DNA from: the human T2T-CHM13v2.0 reference genome, Homo sapiens
Strand: one strand, 5' to 3'
DNA length: 64,000 nt
Assembly (NCBI RefSeq): GCF_009914755.1
Contig: NC_060947.1
Shown here in pieces: positions 34,915 through 49,477 of this stretch. Each line of letters begins with the position of its first letter. Positions within the stretch are counted from its first letter, which is position 1. Position numbers and translations under genes: made by a program. The notes under the pieces were generated by a model. It made no database searches, had not been told where the DNA came from, and was given only the letters and a program-made list of their open reading frames with translations.

Positions 34915-37225
34915 ATTTTATTTGTACAAATGTAAGGAGTATATGAGAAATTTTGTTACATGTATATTATGTATAGTGATCAAGTCAGAATATGTACAGT
35001 GTCCATCATCCAAGTATAATATATTTTTGTTAAGTATAGTAATCTTAATCTGCTATCAAACATTGAATTCATTCCATTTTACTGCATATTTGTACCCTTT
35101 AAATCAGTTTTCTTCATCTTTCCCTTTCTTTCACACTCACCACCCTTCCCAGTCTCTGTTATCTACCTTTCCACTCTTCACTTCCATATGATCAAATTTT
35201 TTAGCTCCTGCATATAAGTGAGAAAATGCAATGTTTGTCTTTTTGTGTCTGGTTTATTTTACTTAAGATAATGACCTCCATTTCCATCCATGTTGCTGCA
35301 GATTATATGATTTCATTCTTTTTTATGGCTGAATAGTATTCCATTGTGTATATATACCACATTTTCTTTATCCATTCATCCCTTGATGAACACAGGTTGA
35401 TTTCATATCTTTATTATTGTGAATAGTGCTACAAGAAATATATAAGTGCAGGTATTCCATTGATATATTGTTTTCTTTTCATTTGGGTAAATACCTAGTA
35501 GTGACATTGCTGGATTGAATAGTAATTTTTTAGTTTTTTTAGAAATTTTCATACCATGTTTTATAGTGGCTCCACTAGTTTACATTTCCACCAATAGTGT
35601 GTAAGAGTTCCCTTTTCTCTGAATCCTTGCCAGCATCTGTCATTATTATTTTTTTTTCTTTTTAGTAATAGCCATTCTGACTAGGGTAATATGATCTGTC
35701 ATTGTGGTTTTAATGTGCATTTCCCTGATAATTAGTAATGTTGAGCATTTTTTCATATACCTGTTGGCCATTTGTATGTCTTATTTTGAGAAATGTCTAT
35801 TCATGTCCTTTACCCACTTTTTAATGTGTTTTTTTTTTTTTTTCCTCTTAACTTGCTTGAGTTTCTTGGTATTCTAGTATTAGTCTCCTGTCAAATGAAT
35901 ACTTTGTAATTTTTTTTTCCCATTCAGCAGGTTGTCTTTTCACTCTGTTGATTATTTCCTTTGCTGTGCAATAGCTATTTAGTTAAATATAGTCCCGTGT
36001 GCCTATTTTTGGTTTTATTAACTGTATTTTTGAGGTCATAAATTCTTTGCCTCAACCAATGTTCAGGAGAGTTTCCCTCCAGTTTTCTTCTAGTATTTTT
36101 ATAGCTTCACATATCCATCGTGAGATAATTTTGTATATGGTGAGAGATATAGGTCCAGTTTTATTCTTCTGCATGTGGCTGTGCAGTTTTCTCAGCACTA
36201 TTTATTAAAGAGGATGTTCTTTCTCCAATGTAAGTTTTTGTCAGTTTTGTCAAAGATCAGTTGTTGACTGTAAATATGTGGCAATATTTTTGGATTTTCT
36301 ATTCTGTTTCATTGGTCTATTTGTCTATTTTTATACCATGCTGTTTTGATTACCATAGCCTTTTAATATATTTTGAAGTCAGGTAATGTAATGCCTCCAG
36401 TGGTTTATTTATTTATTTATTTGTTTATGGCTCAGGACTGCTTTGGCTATTTGGGCTCTTTTTTGGTGTCATATAAATTTTCAAATTTTTAAAAAGTTTT
36501 GTGAAGAATGACATTGATATTTTGAGAGGAATTGCATTGATTCTGCAGATTGCTTTGGACAATATGGTCATTTTAATGATATTAATTCTTTTGATTTTTT
36601 TTATTTGTTTTTATCCTCTTCAATTTCTTTCATCAGTGTTTGTAGTTTTTTTTAAATTAATTTATTTATTTTATTTATTTATTTTAATTATTATACTTTA
36701 AGTTTTAGGGTACATGTGCACAAAATGCAGGTTAGTTACATATGTATACATGTGACATGCTGGTGCGCTGTACCCACTAACTCATCATCTAGCATTAGGT
36801 CTATCTCCCAATGCTATCCCTCCCCCCTTCCCCCACCCCACAACAGTCCCCAGAGTGTGATGTTCCCCTTCCTGTGTCCATGTGTTCTCATTGTTCAGTT
36901 CCCACCTATGAGTGAGAATATGCGGTGTTTGGTTTTTTGTTCTTGTGATAGTTTACTGAGAATGATGATTTCCAATTTCATCCATGTCCCTACAAAGGAC
37001 ATGTTTATTGTGGCACTATTCACAATAGCAAAGACTTGGAACCAACCCAAATGTCCAACAATGATAGACTGGATTAAGAAAATGTGGCACATATACACCA
37101 TGGAATACTATGCAGCCATAAAAAATGATGAGTGTTTGTAGTTTCTATTGTAAAGCTCTTTCACCTCTTTGGTTAAAATTTTTACTATGTATTTTTATTA
37201 TTCCTAGGTATTTTATTATTTTGTA
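34915..37225 (-). mobile_element. Old L1 (L1MA-like) 3' portion hosting a young L1 insertion
   Basis: Diverged 3'UTR and ORF2 C-terminal sequence, continuous across the insertion at 36649-37130. Confidence 0.75.
36649..37130 (-). mobile_element. Short twin-primed L1PA2-like insertion
   Basis: TSD AGTGTTTGTAGTTT at 36635-36648 and 37131-37144; minus segment to about 37003, inverted segment 37001-37130; GAG/A 3'UTR diagnostics. Confidence 0.92.
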
Positions 37226-37984
37226 TAACTACAACTGGATATATTTTTGTATTGCAATGAAATTCTTGTATGCAAAGTTCATTTGGAAAAATAAAGAATA
37301 CCTGGGCAAGAAGAGCCAAAACATTAAAAAAAAATACTGATGAAATCACACTAGTGTAACCCAATAGTATAGCATATTATAAAGATGAAGTTACAATAAT
37401 TAAAGTGACATGATACTGTAAATAAAAATCAGTAGGACAAAACAAACATTCCTGAAGCAGACCCAAGCTTCTGCCTTTGTCAATAGCAATGGGAATACAG
37501 ATAATACTAGTCTATTACTAACTGCACAAATCTGCCTTCTAGAACTCCATCAGCTTCAGACAAGAAAGATGTTAATTTGATTAGTCAGAACCTAAAATGT
37601 TTGCTGGAAATGTCTTACCAGTGGGCAGGATTACAGTTTCTTTTATCTCAGCACTCCCTATTGCACTACCCCCTTCCATGTGGTAAGTTGACCTATGCCT
37701 GCAACTGGGTAAACTGGATATGTGAATTAGTACAGGGTCTGTGCTGTAGATCTAGCTATCTTAATTTAATGAAATTTGAGAGTCATCAGCATGTAGATGA
37801 TATTTAAAGTGATAATATGGATGAGATCACTCAAGGAGTGAGTTATACAGTAAATAGTGACCAAGGTGGCTGGATTAATTCAGGTAAGAGATGATGGCAG
37901 CTTGGACCAGCCTGATAAAGTAGAAAGGGTGAGAAGTTTTCTAATTCTGGATATATTTTGTTGGTTAAGACAATTAGCTTGTGA

Positions 37985-39130
37985 ATTGGGGTTTCTAGAT
38001 ATTCTTTTTTATTTTCGGTAGTTGCTATATTTTAGTCATTAATCCCTTCTAGGTTTTAAACATGGCAGATATCTTTTCCCGATTTGTCATCTACTTGTTA
38101 ACTTTGTTTGTGATATCATTTGTTGAACAGAAATCCTTGATGTGATGTGATCAAATCAATGGAATTTTGGCCTCATAGTTTGTGCTTTTGAAATTTTGTT
38201 TATCAAGTCCTTCCCAACCCTTGGTCACAAAGACGTTCTGCTGCATTATCTTCTGTTAACTTTATAAGTTTCTTTTTTCACATTCAAATCTGTAATCAGA
38301 CCAGAGTTTGCATTTTTATATGCTATTAGCTATAGATCCATTTTTAATTTTTCTTTATATAGAAAGAAAATTTTCTTAATAACATCTTCTAAACCATTCA
38401 ACTTTCCCCCCTTTGAGTTGCTTTGCCACCATTATTTCATGTTTAGTTTCTGTAAATATATTAATCAGTCTCCAATCTATTCTGTTATATTTGTCAATTC
38501 AGTTCTTGCAATAATATCATATTATTTTTATTATTATGGGTTTGAAATTTGTCTTACTATTTGAAGAACAAACCTCTTTTATTGAGGATTTACTTAGGTG
38601 TATGTTATTTTTCCATATAGATTTTAGAGTAAGTTTCAAGTTTCTCAAATACAGCTAAAATTTTGATTGACATTGCATTAAATTTATAGATTAATTTGGA
38701 GAGAATTTACATCTTTATATTATTTGTTGGAATGGATTTCCATTTATTCAGATGGTCTTCTATGACTTTATAGTTTTGTAAAAATGTTGTCATAAAGGTT
38801 GTACATATGCTTGGTTAAGCTAATCCATTAATGCTTCTTAGTTTTTCTTACTACTTTTAAATTATATTTCTAATAGATTATTTATAATGTAGAGAAATGC
38901 TATTCATTTGTGTAAGTTGAACCTGTATCTAGTAGTCTTCTTGAACTCCCTTATTAGTTTTACTAGTTTGTTGATTCCAGAAATATTGAGAGTTTTATTC
39001 TTCTATCTCTTATTCCTTTCCATTTCCATATATGTTTGCCAGGATCACCAATACTAGTGATGGTAGTGGTCATCTTCAACTTTCTCCCAATCTCAAGAGA
39101 GTGCATGTAAAGTTTCTCTCTCTTTGCTAT
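37985..39130 (-). mobile_element. Very old L1M ORF2 remnant (approximate)
   Basis: Diverged but colinear ORF2 3' motifs, e.g. TTTTGATTGACATTGCATTAAATTTATAGATTAATTTGGAGAGAAT. Confidence 0.6.
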
Positions 39131-39164
39131 GATTCCTTTTTGGAAATTTATTTAAATTTCCAAA

Positions 39165-39245
39165 TGAACAAACATTTATTTAAAATTTTAATCAAGATAA
39201 CTGACCTAAAACCTTCAGTAGAAGAATAATTTTAAAACCATCTTC
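39165..39245 (-). pseudogene. 3'-terminal fragment of the H3.3 retrocopy 3'UTR, with poly(A) signal
   Basis: Minus strand TGGTTTTAAAATT...TACTGAAGGTTTTAGGTCAGTTAT...AATAAA (39175-39180) resembles the recalled 3' end of H3F3B mRNA. Confidence 0.6.
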
Positions 39246-42193
39246 GGGGTGGAGGAGAAAATGGTGGATAGGAAGACTAACTTGCAGCTCCCACTGGGAT
39301 GGACAGAGCAGCATGTGAAGATCCATATCATGAATCTTTGCTCCAGGAACTACAGCAGAAACATACCACTGAGAGAATCCACAGACCCTTTGATGGAGGT
39401 GCATTGCCGCTGCAAGCTCCATGGGACAGCCAAGGGACTGTGAGTTGTCTTGCTTTCTCAGTTGGGAGGCTTGTAGCCTGGGGAAAGTTCTCAGCCCTGC
39501 TCACCAACTACCTGGAAATAAACTCAGTGCTGTTGGGGAGGCATGGTGCAATTGAGACCAGCCTTTCGGCTGTGGGCTGTCATCTTTCTTTCACTTCCCT
39601 GGTGACCTGTGTGATGCAGCAGAGGCAGCCATAATCCCCCTAGGAACATAACTCCACTGGCCTGGGAACCACACTTGCATCCCCCAAAGCAGCCACAGCA
39701 AGCCCTGCCCAAGGAGAGTCTGAGTTCAGGCACACCTAATTCTGCACTCCTGGTAGCCAAAGACAACGAACACAATCTCTTAGAGGCTCTATGACCCTGC
39801 GTACAACCTGACAAAACTGAACACTTATCCAAAGGCGACCCTATGAGAAGCATGTATCCTCCCTACACACCTGCAGCTGATGTGTTCTTGAAAGCACCAC
39901 CTCCTGATTGGAGGCCAAACAACACAAAACCAATGCACTTAATAAAAATACAACCGAGGACTCTTACATAGTCCACTTCACTCCCCTGCTACCTCCACTG
40001 GAGCAGGTGCTGATATCCATGGCTGAGAGACATGAAGACGGATTATATCTCAAGATTCTTTGCAGACACTCCCCATTGCCAGTCTGGAGCCCAGTAGCTC
40101 TGCTGGGTGGCTGGATCCAGAAGAGAAATAACAATCACTGCAGTTTCTCCCTAGGGAAAGGGGAGAGCACCACATCCAGGGAGCACCCTGTGGGACAAAA
40201 TAATTTGAACAGCAGCCTCTGAGTCCCAGATCTTCCCTCTAACATAGTCTACCCAAATAAGAAGGAATTGGAACACCAATTCTGGTAATATGACAAAACA
40301 AATTATTTAACAATCCCCAAAGATCAAACTACCTTACAGCAATGGATCCAAATCAAGATAAAAATCTCTGAATGGCCAGAAGAAAAAATCAGAAGGTAGA
40401 CTATTAAGCTAATCAAGGAGGCACCAGAGAAAGGTGAATAACAACTTAAAGAAATTAAAAATATGATACAGGATATAAATGAAAAAATATCCAGTGAAAT
40501 AGACAGCATAAGTAAATAGTTATGGTATGACAAAATGCACTGAAAAGTCACAGCAGTAGAATTGAAGAAGTAGAATAGCTTCAGAATTCAAAGACAAGGC
40601 TTTTAAATTAACTCAATCCAACAAAGACCAAGAAAAAATAATTTTAAAGAAAAGCCTCCAAGAAGTTTGGGATTATGTTAAATGACCAAACCTAAGAATA
40701 ATTGGTGTTCGGGAGGAAGAAGAGAAATCTAAAAGTTTGGAAAACATATTTGAGGGAATAATAGAGGAACATTTCCCTGGCCTTGCTAGAGATCTAGACA
40801 CCCCAAAACAGGAAGCTCAAAGAACACTTGGGAAATTCCTCTCAAACAGATCGTTGCCTAGGTACATAGCTGTCAGGTTATCTAAAGTCAAAACTAAGGA
40901 AAGAATTATAAAAAGTTGGGAGGCAAAAGCACCAGGTAACATATAAAGGAAAACCTATCAGATTAACAGAAGATTTCTCAGCAGAAACCCTACAAAGTAG
41001 AAGGGTTTTGGGTCCTATCATCAGCCTCCTCAAACTAAACAATTATCAGCCAAGAATTTTTTAACCAGCAAAACTAAGCTTCGTAAATGAAGGAAAGATA
41101 CTGTGTTTTTCAGACAAAGAAATGCTGAAAAGAATTTGCCACTACCAAGTCAGCACTACAAGAACTGCTAAAAGGAACTCTAAAACTTGAAACCAATCCT
41201 CAAACTACACCAAAATAGAACCTCCTTAAAGCATAAACCTCACAGGACCTATAAAACAGCAACAATGAAAAAAAGCCAAGGTATTCAGGCAACAAACAGC
41301 ACAATGAATAGAACAATACCTTACATCTCACTACTAACATTTAATGTAAATGGCCTAAATGCTCCATTTAAAAGATACAGAATAGCAGAATAGATACGAA
41401 TTCACCAACTAAGTATCTACTGTCTTCAAGGGACTCACCTGATACATAAGGACTCACATAAACTTAAGGTAAAAGGGGGGAAAAAGATATTCCATGCAAA
41501 GGGACACCAAAAGTGAGCAGGAGTAGCTATTCTTATATCAGACAAAACAAACTTTAAAGCAACAGCAGTTAAAAAAGGCAAAGAGGAACAGACATTATAT
41601 AATAATAAAAGGACTAATGCAACAGGAAAATATAACAATCTTAAATATATATGCACCTAACACTGGAGCCCCCAAATTTATAAAACAAGACCTAAAAAAT
41701 GAGGCAGACAGCAACAGAATAATAGTGGGGGACTTTAATATTCCACTGACAGCACTAGATAGGTCATCAAGACAGAAAGTCAACAAAGGAACAATGGACT
41801 TAAACTATACCTAGAACAATTGGACTTAACAGATATTTACAGAACATTTTACCAACAACTGCAGAATATGCATTCTATTCATCAGCACATAGAATGTTCT
41901 CCAAGATAGACTATATGATAGACAAAGTCCAAGATAGACAAAACAAGTCTCAACAAATTTAAGAAAACTGAAATTATATAAAATACTCTCTCTGACCACA
42001 GTGGAATAAAATGGGAATTCAACTCCAAAAGGAACCCTCAGAACCACTCAAATACCTAGATATTAAATAACCTGCTCTTGAATGATCATTGGATCAACAA
42101 TGACATCAAGATAGAAATTTAAAAAACCTTTTGACATGAGCAATAATAGTGACACAACCTATCGAAACCTCTGGGATACAATAGTGGTGCAAA

Positions 42194-42656
42194 TGTAGCA
42201 GGACAAGCTACAGACAAAACCCTTTAGACACTGAGTTAAAGAAGTAAGGGCTTTATTCGACTGAGAGCTTCAGCAAGACTCATGTTTCCAACAACCGAGC
42301 TCCCTGAGTGAGCAATTCCTGTCCCTTTTAAGGGCTCACAACTTTAAGGGGGTCCACATGAGAGGGTCGTGATCGATTGAGCAAGCAGGGGGTACGTGAC
42401 TGGGGGCTGCATGCACCGGTAATTAGAATGGAACAGAACAGGACAGGGATTTTTACAGTGCTTTTCTATACAATGTCTGTAATCTATAGATAACATAACT
42501 GATTAGGTCAGGGGTCAATCTTTAACTACCAGGCCTAGGGTGTGGCACCGGGCTGTCTGTTTGTGGATTTCATTTCTGCCTTTTAGTTTTTACTTCCTCT
42601 TTCTTTGGAGGCAGAAGTTGGGCATAAGACAATATGAGGGGTGGTCTCCTCCCTTA
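42194..42656 (-). repeat. 3' LTR (LTR2 family)
   Basis: Minus strand TAAGGGAGGAGACCACCCCTCATATTG...CCTGCTACA; direct repeat of 49483-49944. Confidence 0.9.
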
Positions 42657-42807
42657 TTCCCCCACTTTGAGAATCTCACTCAATAGTGGGAGTTCTCACT
42701 TTCATTCTCACTACCTATGTCTTCTTGCAAGACAGATCGATAGTGATTCATATAGTACACTTGTGCCGAAGTATTTTGGTGAACTAAGGTAGCAATGAAG
42801 CTTTTTA

Positions 42808-43152
42808 TCATTTGAAGAAGTACAGGTAGCAAGGAAGCAGTAAGCAGGTTTCTATTACTATTATAACTCCTATTATAAGAGTTTTAAATCTTTTTAGCAC
42901 TGGGAACCACTTTCCAAACATGGCCCCAGGATCGAATCCATGCCACACTTGCACGGGCACATGTGCCAGTTTTGTCATATTTCTAACTATGTCTTCAACT
43001 ACTTGCCTTTGATCGTCTATGTGTAGACAGCAATTAGTAAGGTTAAATTTTCTACAGACCCCTCCTTCAGTTGCTAGCAAGTAGTCGAGAGCCAATCTAT
43101 TTTGATAGATAGCATTTCTCATCTGAGTTTCTTGCCAGGCAAGAATAGTCAA
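42808..43152 (-). pseudogene. ERV env TM remnant
   Basis: Immunosuppressive domain [17 protein letters not shown] followed by CX6CC ([10 protein letters not shown] region) and a hydrophobic anchor; upstream SU is disrupted. Confidence 0.85.
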
Positions 43153-46100
43153 GGCTCTGCTGGTCTTATTAGTGATTATTTCTAAGACAGCTTGTAACCA
43201 TATGATTCAGTTGAGCATGTAAATGGGGGTCGGGTATCCCCACGAGCTGTCTTGTGCCAAAGTACCAGGACCATAGTATTGTATGATTCTCTCAGGGGGC
43301 CATGTATCATCTTTTAAATTTTCTATAGCTATGCTTCTCTTTTTGTGGGAAGCACAGACAGGGAAGCCCAGGAGTTCACCTGTCTTTGTAGGCAGTAGGA
43401 AGAAAGATGGTTTAATAGTGCCAATAACACAACTACCTGCCCACTGGTCGGGTATTTTGGTGTAAGCTCTATGCCCACAAATCCAGTATAATCCAGTGGG
43501 GGCTGTCCAGTCCCGGTGGGACTCTGGGTGGGTTCACAGAGTTTGCAACTTTGGGAATTTACTAAATGGATTTTTCTTAGTGTGGTTTGAACTCCACTAG
43601 GTGGCTGTTTTTGTAGTATTACTATACAGTTTTTGCCCGAGGCAGCTGAGTCTTCCCACAGGAAAGGTGAAGTCCTTTCCGACTCTTGCTATACAGTATT
43701 GTCTAATGATTGAGGCTTTTAGGACCCAAAAGTTATCAGGGTGATTCTTTTGAGCCAGGAATTCATCAGGAACTGGGTCTGTAGGTACTAATTATTGGGC
43801 TTCCTATGGCCATTGATCTCCCATTACAGTTCCTCTACATACATAACAGGAAGTGACATTGAGAGACTGGGCTACATGCTCAGCTAATTGCAAAAACAAA
43901 TTTCTTGTTTTTCCTGGAATTTCTGGTACTGGCACATTCAGTTTATCATAGAAGGTTTGAAATACTGGCTCAGGAGCACGTTTATAAACTTCTCCTCAAA
44001 CCACGATATTTACTCAAGGATCCAGTCCAACCCCATCGATTCCTAGGTCTACACACTCCCCTTTTTTCCAGCAAGGATCAAGGGGGTTGGTTATTACTAG
44101 CTTTAAGGGGTTACACTGACCACTGGTACAGGAAGGGCCACTTTTCCTTTTCTGAAGGTGGACAGCATCCTTTTTATTTTTTATCCAAGTAGCCTAAATG
44201 ACACAAGACCAGCATCCACATTCATTTCCACACAGTCCTAACTCATGACAAATGTACTTATTTTCTGCCATATAGCCTCTTTCCTAATTAAAAGAACCAC
44301 ATCTTATTCCTAACATTACTATTAATAACAGCACAGGCATCAAACTTCAAGGTGACTTGTTTGGGCACCCCTTTTTCTTTTGTTTTGGCTAACACATTAC
44401 TCATATCATTTATGAGCCCCCACCAGTCCTCAGACCTTAATCTTACTTCAAAAACTGTGGTCATGGGAGGCTCAGATGGATCATAACACACATCAGGTTG
44501 GTCATTTCCTGGGCTACATACCTTGCATAGGATAGCATGATACAAACAAGTTTTTTTTAGATTCCCGGTACACTTATAATAATCATAAAATAATAGGACT
44601 GTAGCACATTTTTGTCCTACCTCAGTAACTTGATGTATACACTGGGAACAGTCCTCATTCTGAGGAAGGTCAGTTAATAAGTCCTTACTGTACAAGTCTG
44701 AATTTTAAGGAAAATGAGTCCCCGCAATGAGTTTTCTCATGCTTCGGCTGTGCGTGGACCAGTCAGCTTCCGGGTGTGACTGGAACAGGGCTTGTCGTCT
44801 TCTTCAGAGTCACTTTGCAGGGGTTGGCACAGCTGCTCCTGTCCGCGTACCACTCACAGTCTACTGATGTTCAAGGATGGTTTCAGAGGTTGGGCCTCCT
44901 AGCATAAACTGAGTCCAACACCTCTACACAGTTATGCTTGACCGGGCTCTCTGATACTGGGAGCAAGGTGGCGGGATTTAGGGTGTTGCAAACTTCAATG
45001 GTTATGTGGAGATTTTCACATAGCAAGCTTTGGTACTTGGTTAATCTAGCATTTGTTAACCAATAATGTCCTTTGGTTGTCATTAAAGTTACCACAGCAT
45101 GGGGGGCCTTTATATTCAGATTTTGCCCAAGGGTTATTTTGTCTGCTTCTTGTGCTAACAGGGCCATTGCTGCCAGGGCCCTTAGACATGGGGGCCAGAC
45201 TTTGGAAACCCTGCCTAGTTGTTTTGAAAGCTAGGCCACTGGCCTTGGCCAGGGCCCCACAGTCTGGGTTAAAAGTCCAACTGCCATTTTTTTCTCTTTC
45301 TGATACATAGGGTGTAAAGGGTTTTGTCGGGTCAAATAGCCCCAGGGCTCGGGCTGACATGAGTTTTTCTTTTAACTCGTGAAAAGGTAATTGCTGTTGG
45401 TTGTAATAGATGTAGTTTATCCAATTTACATTTTTATTAACTGTCACCTACCAAAATATTGACTCAAATCCTGCAGCTATTTGATTTCAAGCTTTTAATT
45501 AATCTGGTATTCTCTGTGGGACTCCAATTGCATCTAAATGGATGTGAGAGTCAAAAGACCCATAAGGGGCTTCTCTTGTGTTACGATGTCTTATTTTTCC
45601 TCCCTATGGTTGATGAAATGCCAGGGTGAAAGGGATAGCCAATTGGACTAATGTACAAGTGCCACTCCAGTTATTTGGCAGAGTGCCCAGTGAAGGTCTA
45701 CCACAATACCACCACACATCTGCTCAGGGATGAACAAGGGCTGACTGATTAGTAAGCTCTTGAAAATGTTTAAGCTCACTGCATCCTTTCAGGTCTCCAA
45801 GGAATGCTAAGTTTCCTCCCTGTCATGAGAGACACAAAGTGAACTTATGTTGGGAGACGGAGGTTGGATGGCCCTTGGGGGCTGACCCGCAGGGTGCCAG
45901 ACTTTGGGATACAGCAGAGAGAGCTTGGCATGACTTATTACTCCAGGCTGTAGAATCCTGGAAAAGGGTTACCATGCAGCCCACACCTGGTTGACTGGAG
46001 GACCACCTTAGTGGAAAGGGGACAATCTGGGCCTCTGGCTTGCCATGTGCACAAGCATAACAATTGCTTTTTTTTAACGTGTGGATGGAATATTTGATCC

Positions 46101-49100
46101 ATTCCAACCAGGCATTTGCATCTTGGTATGCTGTCTTAATTGCCAAAGTTTGTTTTAAGTCTTTAACTTCTATGATCCTCTAGTAAAATGAATGTATGAT
46201 TTTGGGAAATTAAAAAAACTGGTTGGGGCAGTCCATCCTTGCTCTCTAGTGGTCCACAGAATGTTGGGCCAACTATGGCATAAAAGCTCTACATTTGGGG
46301 AGCAAGACTCCTGGTTGACATTGGAGTCTTTATTGAAATTTCCCCAGATTAAATGGTCCTAATTTACTAATGCCCAGTCTGAGGAGAGTCAGGAGGGACA
46401 GAGGTACTTTTCTGAAGTAGAGAGCTGTCTTTGACTTGGCAAGTCCCCACAGGGTATAACAAGGCAAGCATTAAATACAATAGTTTGAGGCAAAATCGAC
46501 TTGGTTATGTTAATAACCAGACGGTCAGCAATAGAACGAGGAAAGAAGAAAGAGCAATAGAATAGATGAAAGAGTTAAATTTTTCTTAGCTTTAGTTTGG
46601 TAGGGTTTTCCCCTGAGACTGCAGTCTAGGAGTCTGGAGGGGGTGGCGCTTTAACTCAGGTGTGATGAGTCCATCCCTTTTCTGCTGTACGAACAGCAGT
46701 CTCGGAGGTTAGCAGCACAAGGTAGGGTCCTTCCTAGGCTGGCTAGAGTTTTTCTTCTTTCTGCCCTTTGATAAGAAGGTGATCTTCAGGCTGGTGCTGG
46801 TTTACTGGAAATTCTAGTGGTGGTACCTGTGCTAAAAGACTTTTAGTTTTGAGGGAAAGGAAAGTGGAAGATAAACGAAGTATATAATTTCTAAGAAATT
46901 GACTTTTTGTTTTAAATGTGGGGACATCAACAGTGGACTTTGTAGTCTTTGGTGCCTTCTTACTGAGAAATTTCCTTTAGCACCTATTTTTATTAGTTTC
47001 TAGACCAAAGAAACCCAAACACCATTTTATATTTAATAATGCTTCTTGTATGATTTTTATGCCAGATAAGCTAAATTTCACCTTTATATTAGTATACTAT
47101 TAATGTTAAACTTAGTTTTAGTAAAACTTTGTATACGTATTTATTCAGTTTTTAATGTCGGACCATAAGGTAAGATTTTTATAGACTCTTTTTAACCTTT
47201 TATAATCTTTGTTAAAGAGCAGGTTAGTGCTTTAAGAAAAACCCATTGTGTTTTTACTTTAATGTCCAGTTCACAGAAAAACTGGATGATACCCCTTTAA
47301 CATTAGCTAATATGTTTACACACAGATTTTTTTTATAATTAACATTTTAAAACTTGCCAAAACCTTCAAAACAATTTTTTTTAACCTTTTAATGTAGGTA
47401 AAAATTTACATTCTTATGCCTCCTTCTAATCTTTTTACCAAAGGCATATTTTACGTTCCTTATACACCTTGCACATAAACTTTTTTTTTCCAATAGTTTT
47501 ACATTTAGGAAGCCTAGTTAGTTTTAAATTATACAACATTTCTTGCATAAATTCTTTTTTATAACATTTTTCTCTTTCACGACTTTCACAGACAATTCTT
47601 CGACATGCCTTAACTTTCTGACTTATTACAAACATTTCTTTCTTTAAACAACCAGTTAATGTATTTCAGGATAAGAATTTACCATATAACACTCTTTTTA
47701 CTAAATTCTGCAGCCCCTCTTTCCCCCGCTTTTTTTTTTTTTTGAAGATGATAACCATTCTTTTCCAAAGTGAACTTCTTTTATGTCTGTGGACTAGACT
47801 GTCTAAGGCCACAAGATTAGAAATTACTATAATATATGTTATATTGTTAACTTTTAGCAAACTTTACTTTTGTTGAAAACCTTGTAAGTTTGGGATTTTA
47901 ATTATCCTTTGCTATTAATCAGACCTTGTTTTGTCCAAATTAACTTAGAATTGGTATAGATGACTTTTTTTTTTTTTCCTTCAGTTACCTGGGAGGAACC
48001 ATTGATTGTCCTGTCCTGAAGGGAGTTCCTCCTAGGTCTGGTTGGAACTTTGTATGGTAATTAAGATTTAGTTCCCCTGTTAGGAAACCTGCTGGGTTAA
48101 GGGAATTTTCAGTGGTTAATGTTAAATCATCCTTTTCTTTTATTGCCTTAGGATACTTCTCAACTGGTGAGGTGTGCTCACAATGAGGTTTCCTCTAAAA
48201 GTTATTTTTTTACTTTTTTCTGTTAGCAAAGCTCTTGCTGCTATAGATTGAATGCATTTGGGCCATCCAGGGGTTACTGGGTTAAGGATTTTTGATAGGA
48301 AGGCTTCAGTGCTTTCTGGATATGCCCTTGTTTACACTGACAACAAAGTGGTATTGGAGTGTTATAGGGTTACAGAGAATACCTTCAATTACCAATTATA
48401 GGTTTTTAATTTACCTTGGCTTTTAAAGGAATAGGGTACACTTTTTTTTTCTTAACTACTTGTATCTCTCTCTCTCTCTCTTTCTTTCTCTCTCTCTGTC
48501 TCTGATTTTCTGTCTCTTTTTCTCTTTGACTTTCCTTTTACCTCTGTCTCTTTCTCTCTCTCTGCCTCTCTCTTTCTCTCTCTCTCTGCTGATCTTTCCT
48601 TACCTCTGCCAGCTGCTTATGCTGCTGCTCTCTCAACCACTGTGGTGGGGGTTGGTGGTGGAGGGGTCTAAAACCAGCTGTAACCAAGTGTCTATATATG
48701 GGAACTGGTCTGGGTACCTTGGCTTACAGGTTACCTTGTGCCATACCTTTGAAACAAGGGACCTGTCCAGGCTTCCTTCTGATGGCCAACCCACCTCTAA
48801 TGCTGGCCAGTCTATCTTACAAAAAGTTTTAACTTTTCCTGGTGTAATAGTACTCCATCGTCTCCCTTAAATCCTTTCTTGAAATTTTTCAACATAGTTC
48901 CTAGTGGAGTGGGCTTACTTTGTGCCTGACCCATGCTTCTTCAAGACAAAACACCACGCTTACATCACACACACACCACAAAACAAAGAATGGGTAAAAA
49001 GGGCACATAAACACTTTTACAGTTTACACCAAAGCAGAATCAAAACCAAAATCAGAGTATCAAGAAATCCAAGCCAGGTCAAAACTAAAACCAAAGTATC

Positions 49101-49459
49101 AAGCAATCCAAGTCAAGTCAAAAAAAAGAACTAAAGTGCTGGTACAGGCACACCATGGGTGATCAGGCCACGCTTCCACTCAAATGGAGTAGGCAAGTTC
49201 CAAAGACTAGTCTTACCAACTTTCAGATGTCTGGACTCCAGGTGCCATTTCCTTCCCGGTGTTCAGCCACTGCATTGATCCTCCACAGGGGCCTGCCATG
49301 CGCTGCTCTGGCAAGGCATTCCACTGGGGCAATTGCCTACTTGGGAGCACTCTCAGGATCTGTGTCACTCAAGCTGGCCAGAGTCCCCCGCAGGGATGCT
49401 CCACAGGGCAGGCCTAAGCCGCCTAAGGGGCTGCCTCGACTATCTGTTAATCACCTTGC

Positions 49460-49477
49460 TTCCTGGTCAAGGAACCA
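49460..49477 (-). other. Primer-binding site, tRNA-Glu type
   Basis: TGGTTCCTTGACCAGGAA, 16/18 match to the complement of the tRNA-Glu 3' end (TGGTTCCCTGACCGGGAA), 5 nt from the 5' LTR. Confidence 0.85.

Noticed and set aside
42808-44695. Domesticated syncytin-like env
   Set aside because: The env is broken into short ORFs with stops and frameshifts; no full-length reading frame.
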